Shown one piece after another: positions 1 to 58,439 of a DNA stretch of 64,000 nucleotides (position 1 is its first letter; each line of letters starts with the position of its first letter). The stretch comes from Vicugna vicugna (taxonomy: Eukaryota): assembly GCA_013265495.1 (NCBI GenBank), contig MU058557.1, positions 248,001 through 312,000 on the forward strand, written 5' to 3'. Under the pieces are notes generated by a model. It saw only the letters and a list, made by a program, of their open reading frames with translations. It ran no database searches and was not told where the DNA came from. Both the position numbers and the translations under genes were made by a program.

Positions 1-319
1 AATGAGACTCTCAGTCCCTTCTGCATCTGGGTCCTCTCTCATGCTGGTGGGACCCGGGTCCTGGAGCTGGTCTGAGAGCTCAGGGACGTCGCTGGGACAT
101 CTGATGCCATGTGTACGTGTCAGGTAGGGTAAGGTGGGTGGCCTGTGGTGCTTCTCGCCTTGTTCCCAAGTCCTCCCGCCTTGCGTGTTTGCTGGGCTTC
201 CAGGTGGAGCTCATGCAATGACGGCTGCTTCTGACCTGCTGCTCCGGGCTCCGTCACCATGGGAAGCCAGCCGACACTCTGTGAGGACACACAAGTGGCA
301 CCGCTAGGGGCCCACCAAG

Positions 320-582
320 AGCCACACTAGGGAGCTTGGAAGCAGACCCTCCGGTTCCATCCAGGTCGTCAGAGGACTGCAGCCCTGGCGGACAAGCTGA
401 CTGCAGCCTTGTGGGAGACCCCAGGCCAGAATGACCCAGATCCCTGACCCTCAGAAACAGCATGAGATAATAAATGTTTGTAATTTTAGTCTATGTGCTG
501 CTGAAGTGAGCACTAAATGTTTGTAATTTTCAGCTGCAAAATTTTGTGATCATTTGTTATGCAGCAACTGGTGATTAATTTA
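320..582 (+). mobile_element. MLT1-type (ERVL-MaLR) LTR, 3' part
   Basis: Resembles the recalled MLT1 consensus (...ctgcagccttgtg...tgagataataaatgt...atttgttatgcagcaa). Confidence 0.7.
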
Positions 583-946
583 CCCAAAGTTGGCCAAAAT
601 ATGGAGCCACATTGGACTAGGGGACAGTAATTTCATAGGACAACTTGGGGGGATGTTGAGGGTATGCCCCCTTGGAGTCTTCCTTGGGGAACGTCCACTC
701 GTGCCCAGGGACACAAAGACCAGGGTCATCTCTGCGGCTCCCCGGTTTGCTCAGCCCAAGGTGGGTGACAAAAATTCTGCTCTGTTCTTCCAACAAAACA
801 CTATACAGCAGCGACAAGGAATGTCTCCAGGTAAATAAATCTCCGAAACACTGATGAGAAAGAAAAGCACCCTGTGGAAGGTTAGATACGAGGTTATTTA
901 TGTACAGTTTAAAAACACGCAAAACCATAATGTCCATTGTTGTTAG

Positions 947-1136
947 CCACTATATATAAAAATAGATTTAAAAAAACAGTTTCTTCTGTACAGCACAGGG
1001 AACTATGTTCAGTATCTTGTAATAACCTTTAATGAAAAAAAAGAAAACGAATATATGTGTGTGTATGCATGACTGCGACGTTGTGCTGTACGCCAGAAAC
1101 TGACACATTGTAACTGACTGTACTTCCTTTAAAAAA
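947..1136 (+). mobile_element. L1 3' end, artiodactyl/camelid type
   Basis: ctatatataaaaatagat...cagcacagggaactat...gtgctgtacgccagaaactgacacattgtaactgac followed by an A-tail remnant. Confidence 0.75.
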
Positions 1137-1711
1137 TACTAAATATACAATATAATGTCCGTTGTTTGCAGACAATATAAAACTTGCCTGGCACTAGTGT
1201 CGGCCTGGGAGCAGGCAGGGTTACCCTCGAGCAGGGAGCAGGAGGGAAATGGATTCTGGGCGCGCTCAGGGGCTGTGTTCCTCACCAACGAGACTCAACA
1301 GACCAGAGCAAGACAAGCAAAACAAGCTGAGAGAGATGACCCAAAGGGCGAACGTGAGAAGCACTAGCCTTTGGTGGCTGAGCGATTTGCTGCTCAGTCT
1401 CTTCCTGTTTTCTCTCTGCTTTTAGGTATGCTTTAGGTATTTTTATTAACAAATTAAAAGAAAAGCCACTCGTCTAGGACTTTCAAGGCACGGACGTTGT
1501 TCTGGACTTAGCTTCTCAGGTGGCCTTGCAGGTTGTCACGTCCATGCCTGCTTCCTAGCTTAGCTGGCGTGTGGGCAGCCACCTGGCCCTGGCAGGTGAG
1601 GCAGTGGTGAGGATGTAGGCTGCACACTGAGGACGGGGCTCGGATGCCGGCCACCCTCCTGGTCACAACAGAGACCCACCAGAGATTTTCAATACCTCTT
1701 GTATCTGATTC

Positions 1712-2370
1712 TGTAACCCAGCAGGACCCTATGGGGCCTTCTGGGAACAGACACCCCCCCTCCCCAGCCATGTCCTCTGCCTGCCTCTTGTAGTTTTCTG
1801 TAGGAAAACTTAGTCTCCTAGGCTCCCCAAGTTCCAAAGAGTACCTTTGATCAGAGAAGTGAGAAAACGCAGAAAGGAAAACACTCAAACAAGACAAAAT
1901 AATCATAGTTTAATAGTTTAATCATAATCATCATTAAACAAAGCCAACGACCTCTAGCGCCCCCTCCAGGGCTACAGACCACATTTGGAGCCGCGTCCTT
2001 GGTGCCATTTTGTGGGTACTGAAACCCCCACCAGGTGGAAGCAGCTAAGTGCCTGCTGCCCACATGCGCGGAGACCCCAGACGGGCTGGAACCGGGAGGT
2101 TGATGATGGTGACTCCCGATGACCTCTCCACCAGCCAATGAGAAGAATGTCCACGAGTTGATCATGCACCCACGGACCCCCTCCCTCACCCTGTCTTTAA
2201 AGTCCTTTCCCTGAAAGCCCTCCGGGAGTTCAGGCCTTTTAAGCACTAGCTGCCCGGACTCCTTGCTTGGCACCTGCAATAAACCCTGCACTTCCCTTCA
2301 CCGCAACCTGGGGTCAGTTGGTTGGCATTACTGCCCATGGGCGAGAGGACCAGAGCTTGGTCCAGTGACA
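1712..2370 (+). mobile_element. Complete solo ERV1-class LTR (659 bp)
   Basis: TG...CA ends (tgtaacccag...ccagtgaca); 4-bp target-site duplication ATTC (1708-1711 and 2371-2374); CCAAT at 2135; AATAAA at 2278; no primer-binding site follows. Confidence 0.88.
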
Positions 2371-2399
2371 ATTCAGGAGTCTTTCAGCTTTGTTCCTAC

Positions 2400-2870
2400 T
2401 TTTAGCATGTAGCGCTACTTGGAACGTGTTTATAGAGCTGCTTGAGGTTGGGATTCAGTTTACCCTTTTCCTCCTCTAAATGCAAATCCCAACACCATTG
2501 AAGAGTCTGTCTTTTTCTCAGATGACTTGAGGCCGTCATCTTTCTGTGTATAGTTGGGTCTATCTACAGAAGGGCAATTTTCCTCTCCTTGAGTTTCCTT
2601 TCTTTTAGAATTTTCTTGACCATCCTTGACTTATCTCTTCGAGACGACTTTAGGATCAGCTAGTCAAGTTATCTGAAAATCCTGTTGACATTTTGGTTGG
2701 TACTAAGTAGACTTTATAGACTGACTCGTGAAGAGCTTAAGTATTTACAACTTAGCTTTCAAGCGGGAATGGGACGTTTTCTGACTTCGTCTGCGCTCCC
2801 TTTACGTCCTACATTCAAGGTTTAGAGTTTTTAAAAACTGTAGTCTTGAACATTTTCTTTTCGGCTCATT
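2400..2870 (-). mobile_element. Ancient L1 fragment(s)
   Basis: T-rich antisense L1-like phrases (caccattgaagagtctgtc, ttgacattttggttgg). Confidence 0.45.
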
Positions 2871-2949
2871 CCCAGGGAGTTACGGGTGTCTGGGCAACTG
2901 CGAACGGCATCTGAAGATGATTGAAGGCGCGCGTGGGTGGGGTGGCTGG

Positions 2950-48802
<45,853 letters not shown>

Positions 48803-49916
48803 GGCGTGACCTTGCAGCCGGCAGCCTTTGGCGGTGGCCCCCGTTGGTGTCTCATCAAGGATCAGTCAGGGTCTTTGATGCCAGGGCCCGCAGGCATGTG
48901 TGCCCAGACTCCCCGTGACAAGATGGGCGCTGCCCCGCTGGCTCCGTGCGCCTCATCCACAGCTGCACGAGGCTTCCACGGCACTTGCTGTTGGGACCAC
49001 GTTCTGAGCAGTGTCAGGAGTGTTTCTGCCCAGCAGGGGGCACCGGATCGGATGTCTGTGTGTGTCTGGTCAGAGGTGGGTCTCACGGCCCAAGAACCCT
49101 TGCAGAAACCCTTGCGCGAGGGCACTGTCACGTCCCATGGAAGAAATCTGAGGCACAGGGAGGTACAGCCACTTTCCCAAGCGAGTGGAGGGCCAGGTGG
49201 GTTCCAGGACCCCTCTGCCCCTCACCTTCTAGCTGGTCAGAGAAGCACTTTGTGTCCAGCCCTGTCCTCTGCTGGTCCAGAGCTGGTCCTGTGTCTCCAC
49301 CTGAAGTCCCCGGCCAGGCACTCGTGCCTCCCTGCCCCTGCCTAGGCCGTGGGGACCTCGTGGATCTGCACGTGAGCATCCAGAGGCTGTGTGGCCCCAG
49401 CTGGCCAGCTGGCGAATCCAGTCAGTCCAGTGTCGCTCAGCAGAGGTCAAGGCACAGCTGCCCTGGGGACCCAGCGTGGCCAGCCTGGACAGAGCCGAGG
49501 TCCGGCTCACCGTCCACCAAGGGATGGCAGGCAGAGGGTCCCCAAGCCCGGTGGTCCAGCCCCAGATAGTTTCCGCCACCCTGAACCACCCGGGCCAGGC
49601 CTCCTCATAGGAAGGCCCAGAGATCATTCTCAGGGCTGGGCATCCCTGCTCTGGAGGTAGCCTGGGAGGTAAGGCAGATGTTTCTGTCCCTTGAGGCCCC
49701 AGCCTTGGCCACCTGCCCCCCACGGTGGCAGAGCCATGCCACACTACCTTCTGGGGCCAGCCCCCATCTCCTAGGGTGGGCAGACCCCTCCCAGGGCACA
49801 GCAGAGTGTGCAGGGAGAAGCTCTCGAGGTCCTTGGTATACTCCTTGGCCTGTACCCTGCAGCCAGTCTGGGGCCCCAGGGCTCCTGGAAGGCTGGAGTG
49901 GAGGATGGGTAGGTGA

Positions 49917-49922
49917 AACAAA
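49917..49922 (+). terminator. Candidate non-canonical BRF1 poly(A) signal AACAAA
   Basis: About 1.1 kb after the stop; followed about 30 nt later by GU-rich TGTGGTCTGTGACTCTGTGT; no AATAAA seen until 52990. Confidence 0.3.
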
Positions 49923-52900
49923 GATCATTACTTGAGCAGAAACCCACTGAGACTGTGGTCTGTGACTCTGTGTCCAGCTCTGTGGCCTCCCTGGCAGAGT
50001 GAGGCTGAGGCAGGCACGCCTGGTCCTGTTCTCAGATGCACGATGAGGCTCCATCAGCGACATGTCCCCCCACCCCCTGCAGGGGGTCCCTGTGCCGTGG
50101 GTCCCTGGTGTGGGCATCGTGGCGTGGGCGTACCGTGGGGCTGTGGGCCGGGAGGGCTCGCTTGGCTGCAGGGGCTCATAGGGGAGCCTCATGGGCTTGG
50201 GGCGCTCCCGGCACTGCAGGAAGCAGATGGTGGGCCGGGCCAGAGATGACGGGGTGGGGGTGGCGGGTGCTCAGGGAACTTCCAGGTGGTGGCAGCTGGC
50301 GGCTGTGGAGAAGGTGCACCCAGCGCTGTGGGGCTGGTTTTCAAGACGGCTCTGGCTGGAAATAAGGGGCTTCTGGGTGGAGGCCTGGAGGGTGGGTGGC
50401 TGGGCAGGACTGTGCTGTCCTGCAGGGGAGGAGGGGATGGCACTGCCTGGCCAGTGAGATGAGGGCTGGGGCCAGGAGCGGACGCTTGCATGCTCTGGGG
50501 GAGGCTGCTGAAGCAGAGCAGGAGGTGGAGGGGGTTTGGGGGAGACGAGCATGCTGGTGGCTGGCAGGGCCAAGGCCAGAGGTGCCTCACCCACCCCTGA
50601 GGTGGGCAGGAGGCCCCGAGGAGGCTGAGAGGCAGGCAGGGCTGCTGGAAGGGGAGGTCTGTGGGCAGGAGGTAGTGATTGGGAGTGGCGTCCGGTCCCA
50701 GAATGGCTGGGGTGCCTCTGGGCTGTGGCCAGCGCCCTGTATGCTGGCCACCACTACATGTGTGGGCTTGAGGGGGACATGCAGGTCTGTGTGCACCTCC
50801 AGCCATGTCCCCGTGCCGCCCTCCCAACCCGGAGAGTAACCTGTTCCATCAGACCCGGGATCATGGGGAGGGAAGGGAGGGGAGGCAGGGAGGAGGCACA
50901 GCCCCTAGAACTCACACTGTCTGGACGTTTGCCCTGAAGCCAGGTCCCTCCAGCTGCTGGCCCAGGGTCCACTCCCAGCGGAGGCCTGGGAGGGTGGCCC
51001 CCAGCAGGGCGGGGTTCAGGCTGCCTTCCCCTGGAATCCTGCACATCTCGGCCTCTCCCAGACCCCCGGGTTGTGGACTGGACGCCAGCATGGCCGCTCC
51101 TCCCTCCCCCTCATGTCTTCAGCCCTGCTGGGTGGACGGCAGGAGTGGGCACCCCAGCTCGGGGGAGAGGGATCCTGGCGACCCCCCATCCGACACCTGC
51201 CGGTCAGAGTCACCGAGGTTCTGATTGCCAAGGGGTGCGTCACAGTGTCCACCCCCCGCCATCCAGTTCCCCCCGAGCCGCGCTCTCTCCACCCACTGCT
51301 TGAGGCCCCTCTGTGGTGCTGTGGGGGGTGCGGGGGGCCTGCTCCCTGCCCGGGGCTCGGGGGCCTGCCCTGGGAGCCGTGTGGCCCACCTGGTTGGAAT
51401 CAGCACCAGCTGCTGGCGTGAGCTCGGGCTCCGATGGCTGCTGACAGGTGGGCCCCAGGCCCATCATAGTCTCCCAGGTGAAACCAGGGGAGCTGGATCT
51501 CATCACCCAGCTGGGAGGTGGCCTCCCTGCCCTTCCTGGGGAAGTGAACTCAACACATCCCGCCAGGCTGGGGGCTGCCTTGCAGATTAGTCCAGCTAGA
51601 CCCCATCTTGGACCTGAGCCAGGTGCCCCGTGGGGCCTGGCCAGGGCATGGTCTTACTCCCAAGGAGCCCACGCGGTGCCGGGGAGCAGCTGGGAGAGGT
51701 GACCTCCTCCCTACATCTGAGCCCAGCTCCCTAGGGGACCACCGGCCTGTCCCTGTCATGTGACGGGTGGGGCCACATGCCACGCTTTGGCTGTCTGGGG
51801 ACAGGTGTTTGCACACAGCATGTGTGCACCCGAGCCCCTGGGGCAGTCCAGGAGTGTGTCCCCTCATTCCAGGTGCCCTGAGCTGGTAGTGGGAACCCTG
51901 GGGTGGGGGTCAGGAGTCAGACAGAAGGAAGGCTGAAGGCTGGAGCCACCTCTGACCTCCACCTCCCAAGAGCTGTCCAACCCCTGCCCGCTGCCGCTGT
52001 CACTTCAGGGTCACATCAGCCTGCTCAGCCTCAGGCTGCGCGTGCCCTGGGCCAGAGCTCACACACCTGCCTCCTAGCTGCTCCCCCACGTGCCCTCATG
52101 TGACCCCTCAGTGGTTTCTGGATTGGTTAGGCCTCCAGGCAGACAGCAGGGCTGAGGGCCACCCACTGCTACCAAGATCACCTGCAGGCAGGGTGCAGGC
52201 TTTAGGGGAGGGGCACGTGCCAGGCAGCCCCTGAGAACAAATGCCCACTAACATGGACTTGGCCATTCGCCACCTCAGACACTCCGCTGTGCCTTGTCAG
52301 CCCCCGTCCCTGACCGGCTTGGCACTGTGGCCAGTTCCAGACTGCATAGTCTCCATCTCACCTTCCCTGGGCCAGGCCTGGGCACGGTGATGCCCCAGCC
52401 TACTGTCTACCTCTTGCCCATCTCCCCAGCCCCTTTGTCATCCACTTGGAAGGCTGGAACGCTGGTGGAGCAGGGGGGGTCAGGCTGGGCCTGTGGGCTG
52501 GCAGCCTGGGACTGGAGTGGGGGCTCTTGTCGTTGGGCCGGGGCTGCGCCAACTGCTCTCTCCCATACCGAGCGGGGCCCTGGGAGGGGCCTAGTTGTGC
52601 CCATCACACACCCCAACAGCCCGCCAGGCTAGGGGCTGCTCTGATCAGTGCAGCAGGTGTGTTGAGAGCAGGGCTCCAGGGGTCGCAGCGAGATGGACAC
52701 ACGGACTTGCACTGTAGGCCAGTGTGGACACCAAGGGGTCAGTGGGGCGTGTGTCTGCAGGACAGTCCTGCAGGGTGACCGTGACCATGTTGTCAGGAGA
52801 AGCCAGGTCCTCGCCCCACCCATGACCACTGCTGTGTGGCCTGGATGGAGGTGGGCAGGCAGGCCCTGACCCTCGGGCTGCCCAGGCCAGTCTCCGCCTG

Positions 52901-55900
52901 GCTTCCTGCTTCCAGGCCACAATCAAGCTCCAACTGAGACCAGAGACCACACGGCCCCCCACACCCTGGGGACACTCCATTCCCCAAATAATAAAAGTGG
53001 CCCACAGAGGTGTAGGTGCGGGTCAGGGCCTCAGTCTTTGTCCTCTAATGTGCCCTCTTGTCACTGTAGGGCCTGAGCCACTGGGCCCAGGCCAGTCCAC
53101 CTGGGGCTCCAACTCCAGTGCCACCCAACCCACCCGCCTTGGGCATCGCAGAGTGCCGCCTCCACGTGCCCACCCTGTTCCCTTCCTGGGATTGAGGACC
53201 TCCGTGCCCAGTCGAGACGGTGAAGACAGACACGGAGGAAAATGCAGCCCAAACCTCAGCCTGGGTCTGAGCCCCACTGCCCGGGCTCTGATCGCCCTCC
53301 ACACGCGGCTGCAGTGCCCAGCAGGCCGCCCGAGCTGTCAGTTCCTGGGGCTGGCAGGTCAACACGCCTCAGCTGCCTATGACCCTAGAGAGCCTCAGAT
53401 TATGCCCCCACTGCAGGCCCCAATGATGCAGCCATACCCTGAGCAGCTGGGGGTGCCCCAGGACCAGCTGGGCTCAGTGGGGAGGCCTTGCCTGGCCAGG
53501 CCAGAAACTCAGCCCCTGGGGCAGCCCCTCTGCCTGCCCCCGTCCTGCGAGAGGACCGATGCTCTTCTCGTGGCCTTGGGTTTGGGGCCCCCATCCCCAG
53601 CCCAGGAGTCCAGCGACATCCTCCCAGGTCCCAAGCTGCCACTTACGCAGGGCCCTCTGCCACCCAGCACATGCACCCTGGCCCCTCGGGGGACACTGAG
53701 AGGGGCCAGCTGGTTCTTGCAGGAGGGGCTCCTGAGTCATGTCACGTCCAGCTCTGGTGCTGTGCGTGGGGCCGGGTCTGCGTGGGGCCAGCAGCCCCTG
53801 CGCCTACGTGCCTGGAGGGTTGGCCAGTCCCCGAGGAGGCCTTGGCCCCGGCCAGGCTGGCAGGGGGTGGGGGCGAGGGACTGGCCAAGGCTGCAGGCCG
53901 CAGGCACTGACTGCCCAGGCCCTTCAAAGGGGCCGTGGGCGGTGGCAAAGTGGAGGTTCTACAGTTTTCCTGCCGGGAGAGGAACCTGGCTCAGGAAGCC
54001 ATTGTCCCCACACAATGGGTCCGGTTGGGACTGTGGGCCGGGGCCCCAGACTGGTGGAACCTGACCCCGACCTCAACCCTGACCCTGGCCCTCCTCATAC
54101 CCTTGACCCCCATCCCTGCCAGACCCTGGCCAGGCCAAGGGAAGGCTGCTCCTTTGTGAGGCTGGGGAACTGGGAAGGACCAGGACGGGGCGCACTCCTG
54201 GTCAGCCCCACAGGGAGGGTCACCGTGCATCATGGCTGCAGAGACTCAGCCGGAGCCCTGGAAGACTGCTGGGTGGCGTGGGGGCTGTCCTCTCCTGGGC
54301 AATGAGGGGCTTTCACACTGGCTGGGCTGAGTAATCGCTTCCCCCCAGTTGGAGGTCACGGTGAATAGGCACATTGTCTGCCAGGTGCCTGCCTTGGTGT
54401 GGCCTGGGAAAATGACCATCCAGCACTTCGCAGGGGGATGCCTGCGTGGCCCCCACCCCCAGCTTCAGCCACAACATGGAGCAGAACCCAGGTCAGCATG
54501 GGCCCAACTGGCAGGACCTGCGCTGTCCGGGCAGGGCCTGACTGCAGGCAATCACGGGGCTGGGCGGACGGGGTGGGGGTGGGAGTGGCCCTGGGCCCAG
54601 AGGCTGAGCTGGGATCACCACCTGCACACGCCATGTCACGCTGGTGATGGGGACGTGCAGGAGGGTTAGCTTATGTCCCCGTGCCCGCCCCCCACAGGTC
54701 TCCCTGGGGGCTCACCACTTCTGGTCTGCCTCCCCACCAAAGCCCCTTAACAGAATATTCCTTCCAACCACACACAGAACTCTGGAAGGGACCTGTTTCA
54801 TGGGTTGACCGGTTACTTAGTGAGCCTTGACAAAGCCTCATAGCAAAACTCTTGGTTATGAGGTTGGCTGTGGGGACAGGGACGTGGCGGGGGAGGGGGG
54901 GGGAACCCCCCACGAGGGGGAAAAAAAAAGGGCAGGGAAGGGATGGAGAGTGAGCAGAGCCGGTGTGCAGCAGCAGTGGAGGGGAGGGGAGGGGCGTGGG
55001 GCAGGGTCTGAGCACGTGGGCCTGTGGGCGTCACTGGGGGAGAGGGAGCAGAGGGTTCAGGGGTCTGTTGGGTGTGGGTGGCAGCAAGTGGGAGAGCCTG
55101 GAGTGACGGAAGGGCCACACAAGGGGTGGACATAGAGTCCACTAGTCTGGGGATGGCATTCAACATCTCCCTCAGTGCACTCCCAGTCTGGGGATGTGAA
55201 TGTGGGGAGGGGCGTGGTGGTCACTGGCCCAGGCTACAGGGTGGAAGGAGGGCCCACGCACACATGGGCACGCACCTTGAGAAGTGCCCCCTTCCTGGCC
55301 CCCAACAGACTGGGCAAGCAGAAGGCGGGTACGGCCCAGTCAGCCAGCAGGCGGCACTGCAGACAGGTGCATCCAAGCCATGGGGGTGCCTGAGGCTGCG
55401 TGTGCACGATGAGGACCCTTGTGGAGGTTTTGTGTGCACGCGTGCACACGTGCATGTGTGTTGGGGGTCAGTGCTGCGAGGACCCCTGCTCCAGGGAGGG
55501 GCTGGCCCTTCTCCTGTGGGAGGGGGACAGCTGGCTCCTTTGCTGTTTACATCGCCCCAGGGTGGTTCCCTGATGCAGGGAGGGGCGCCCTGCATGATCA
55601 GACCTTCAGTTCCCGCCCTGACTCACGCAGTGTCCTCAGGCACGCTAGGCGAGGGGTGCACTGGGGTGAGGGTGAGGGTGGAAGCTGGGTTCTGCAGTGA
55701 GCAGCAGATTCTGGGTTCCCGCTGAGGGTCCAGTAAAGCTCACAGACAAGTTCCATGGAGTGGTGACATCCCCTGGGAGGCCCTAGTGTAGGAAGTGTGA
55801 GGGGTTAGGCCAGGATGGCTTCCTGGAAGGAGGGGGGTCCACACTGGAATGAGAAGGAGGAGGAACTGGTCAGGCCACATGGGGCACAGAAGAGTCAGGT

Positions 55901-58264
55901 GGGCTGCCGACCTGGGGTTGGATGACAGAGGGCGTGGGGCGGGGCGGGTCCGGGTCCCCAGAGGTTAGGGTGCTGTGCTCCTTGCAGAGTTGGACAGCAG
56001 AGCCTGTGGGTAGGGAGCAAGTGTATGGCCCTAGAGGTGGGCCTCTAGGCTGCCCACCCTTCTGGGTTTGGGCACTTGGGATTGAGGGGTGCACAAACTG
56101 GTGGGGGTACCTCAGCCTTGCTGCCCAAGGGTGGGGGACGGGAGGACAGGCTAAAAGATGCGGACGATGCTGGTGGTGAGAATGTGGTGGGCAGGGGAGG
56201 GGGGCCCAGAGTGGCCCTGCCAGCCAGGTGTGGGCTGGAGCAAGGGCAGGAGTTTGTAGGAGGCAGGTGGGTGTGGGCCAGTGTCCCCAGACCGGGCTCT
56301 CAGTGAGTCACGGCTGACCTGGCGTCCCGGCGCCACGGGGGCCCAGGCTGCGCTGGCCGCAGGAAGCGTCGTGAGCTGATAACGGGTGGGAGTCAGAAGT
56401 GCCGGTCCTCCTACTTCCTGCAGCGGGAGCAGCAGGCTGGGTGCTGGGCGGAGGCTGGGCAGGCATCTGCTCGTGTAGGCCCAGGCGTCCTGGCCCGGCC
56501 TGCGTCCTCACAAGACCACACAACTGTGCCTCATGACCACCTGGCTGCGCCTGTGGAGGGCACAGCGGCGGACACCACGGTGGGCACGAGGAGTCCTGGG
56601 GGTGCTGCAGTTTTGAGGCTATGGAGCAAAGGGTGGAGCGGACAGTGTGGTCGGGCCAGCAAGAGCCAGGGCAGGGTCGGGTGGAGGAGAGCGTAGGGGG
56701 CAGGCCAAGGGTGGCGTGTGTCCACCAGAGGGGCAGACTGCACCTACCTGAGGGTCAGCTGCATCCAGGCCACGGGGGGGTCATGGTTACCTGGGTTACT
56801 CCAGAGATGGGGTGCTCACAGCACTAGGGAGCAGCAGGAGGTATTGGTGGGGGGCACTCGGCTCCTGGGAGGGCAGGCCCCCAGGCCCCCATGTGGCCGT
56901 CTGGGCAGCCTCGCTGAGGGACCCTGAGCCACGTGGGCAGCACTTCTGCACTCCAGCACTTGTGCTGTGTCTGGGGCCACAACCTGCCAGCCCACCAGCA
57001 GGACTGCCACCATCAGCCAGTCGGCGCTCACACCCCCACCCCAGGCTGGACTGGCATCACCAGGGCCACACCTCTGCACCCTCTACACAGCACCACCATC
57101 CCCGCAGTCACCCCTGCCCCACCCAACCCCTGGGACCCTGGCAGAGTCACCATGCAAGTACTCTCCCTGCCAGGGCTGGCCTCCAACGGCCACCTTCACC
57201 ACCACTGCCACCATCTTAGCAGGGTAGGGCGGGCAGGTGGGCACACAGGGCAGCTGTCGGGGCAATGCCCCCCAGGCCCTGGCTTCTGGACCCCTTGCCC
57301 TTCCCCAAACACCTGGCTCCTTCCTGACTCCAGCCTGTGTCTGGGCCACTCTCTCTCCTGCTGGGTCTGTCTTTTGTCCCCTCCTCTCCCAGCAAACATG
57401 ACATAAGTGTCACTTCCCCCTAGAAGCCTTCCAGTGGCTGTGTCAGAGCTTCTCCTGGGCCCTGCAGCCTGCGAGCGTCCCTCTGCCCTGACTTTGCCCA
57501 CCCGGTATCATCTGTGTCTCAGGGATGGCTCCACGAGGCCAGGGGCTTGTCCCACCAGGCCACTGTAGGCCAGTGCCATCAGTGCGAGGGAGTGCTGGCC
57601 GAGCTGAAGGCCAGACAGACAGACCGGGGAGCCGCAATGGGCCTGAGCCCCTGGCTCCTCCCCAGGCCCCTGCCCTGCCTGGGGCCTGCCAGGACCACAA
57701 GTGGGCCTCCTCATCCTGCCAGGAAAGAAGAGCCTGTCTCAGTTCTTCCAGACCTCTAGGTTTTGCCCCTCTCGGCCCCTCCTCCTTGTTCTGGAAGATG
57801 CTTTGACTCCCCCCCTCTTTCCCTGATTATGGCTCTGTGCTTGCCTCACTCACAAAACCTCGCAGACAAGGGGTGGTGACGTGGGGGCACCTGGGCCCTC
57901 CAGGGCCAGCGCAGGGCTGACCCCTGACCGCAGCTCCAGGGCTCAGGCCTGGGCAGGGACTCCCCCACTCCTCCACTGGAGCTGGCTCTCAGAGCCCGGC
58001 CTCCTCACACAGAGCTGCCCACGTTCACTGTGAGTCCAGTGGCCTCCGAAGGAGTCCCCCAGACCACGCTGCCCCCCCAGAGCACAGCAAGCCACACAGG
58101 ACCCTTGCAGAGCCAGGAGTTGTGGGGACAGCCGACTGGGCTGCCCTCCAGGGCTGGACTGTCCTTCCACCCTTCCGGGTGGAGAGAACGCAACGAGGCG
58201 TTGACTTCTGATGCTTTTTGACGGGAGCGGCAGGGAGGAGGCCTGAATCTAAGTCGGGGAAAAT

Positions 58265-58342
58265 GATTCTTTGGGACACTAGTCCACCATCACCTATGTC
58301 TGATGGATTTCCGAATAAAGTCGCTATTCCTTGCCCGAAACA
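58265..58342 (+). mobile_element. ERV1-class LTR R/U5 fragment
   Basis: gattctttgggacactagtccaccatc...tttccgaataaagtcgctattccttgccc; AATAAA at 58314. Confidence 0.6.
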
Positions 58343-58439
58343 AAAAACCAGAAAACCTCTTAGCAGCGTGGCTTCACTGGCGGGTGCAGGGCCCTGGCTG
58401 GGCCCAGGTATTCAACACCGCACAGGCCGCCTGCCCTCC

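Noticed and set aside
471-530. Short local duplications: a 17-bp direct repeat at 471/514, also 10061-10090, 18245-18268 and about 14605-14630
   Set aside because: Ordinary slippage or repair duplications in repeats or introns, with no sign of function
52990-52995. AATAAA as the BRF1 poly(A) signal
   Set aside because: It is 4.2 kb beyond the stop with no clear GU/U-rich downstream element. It is not excluded as a distal site.
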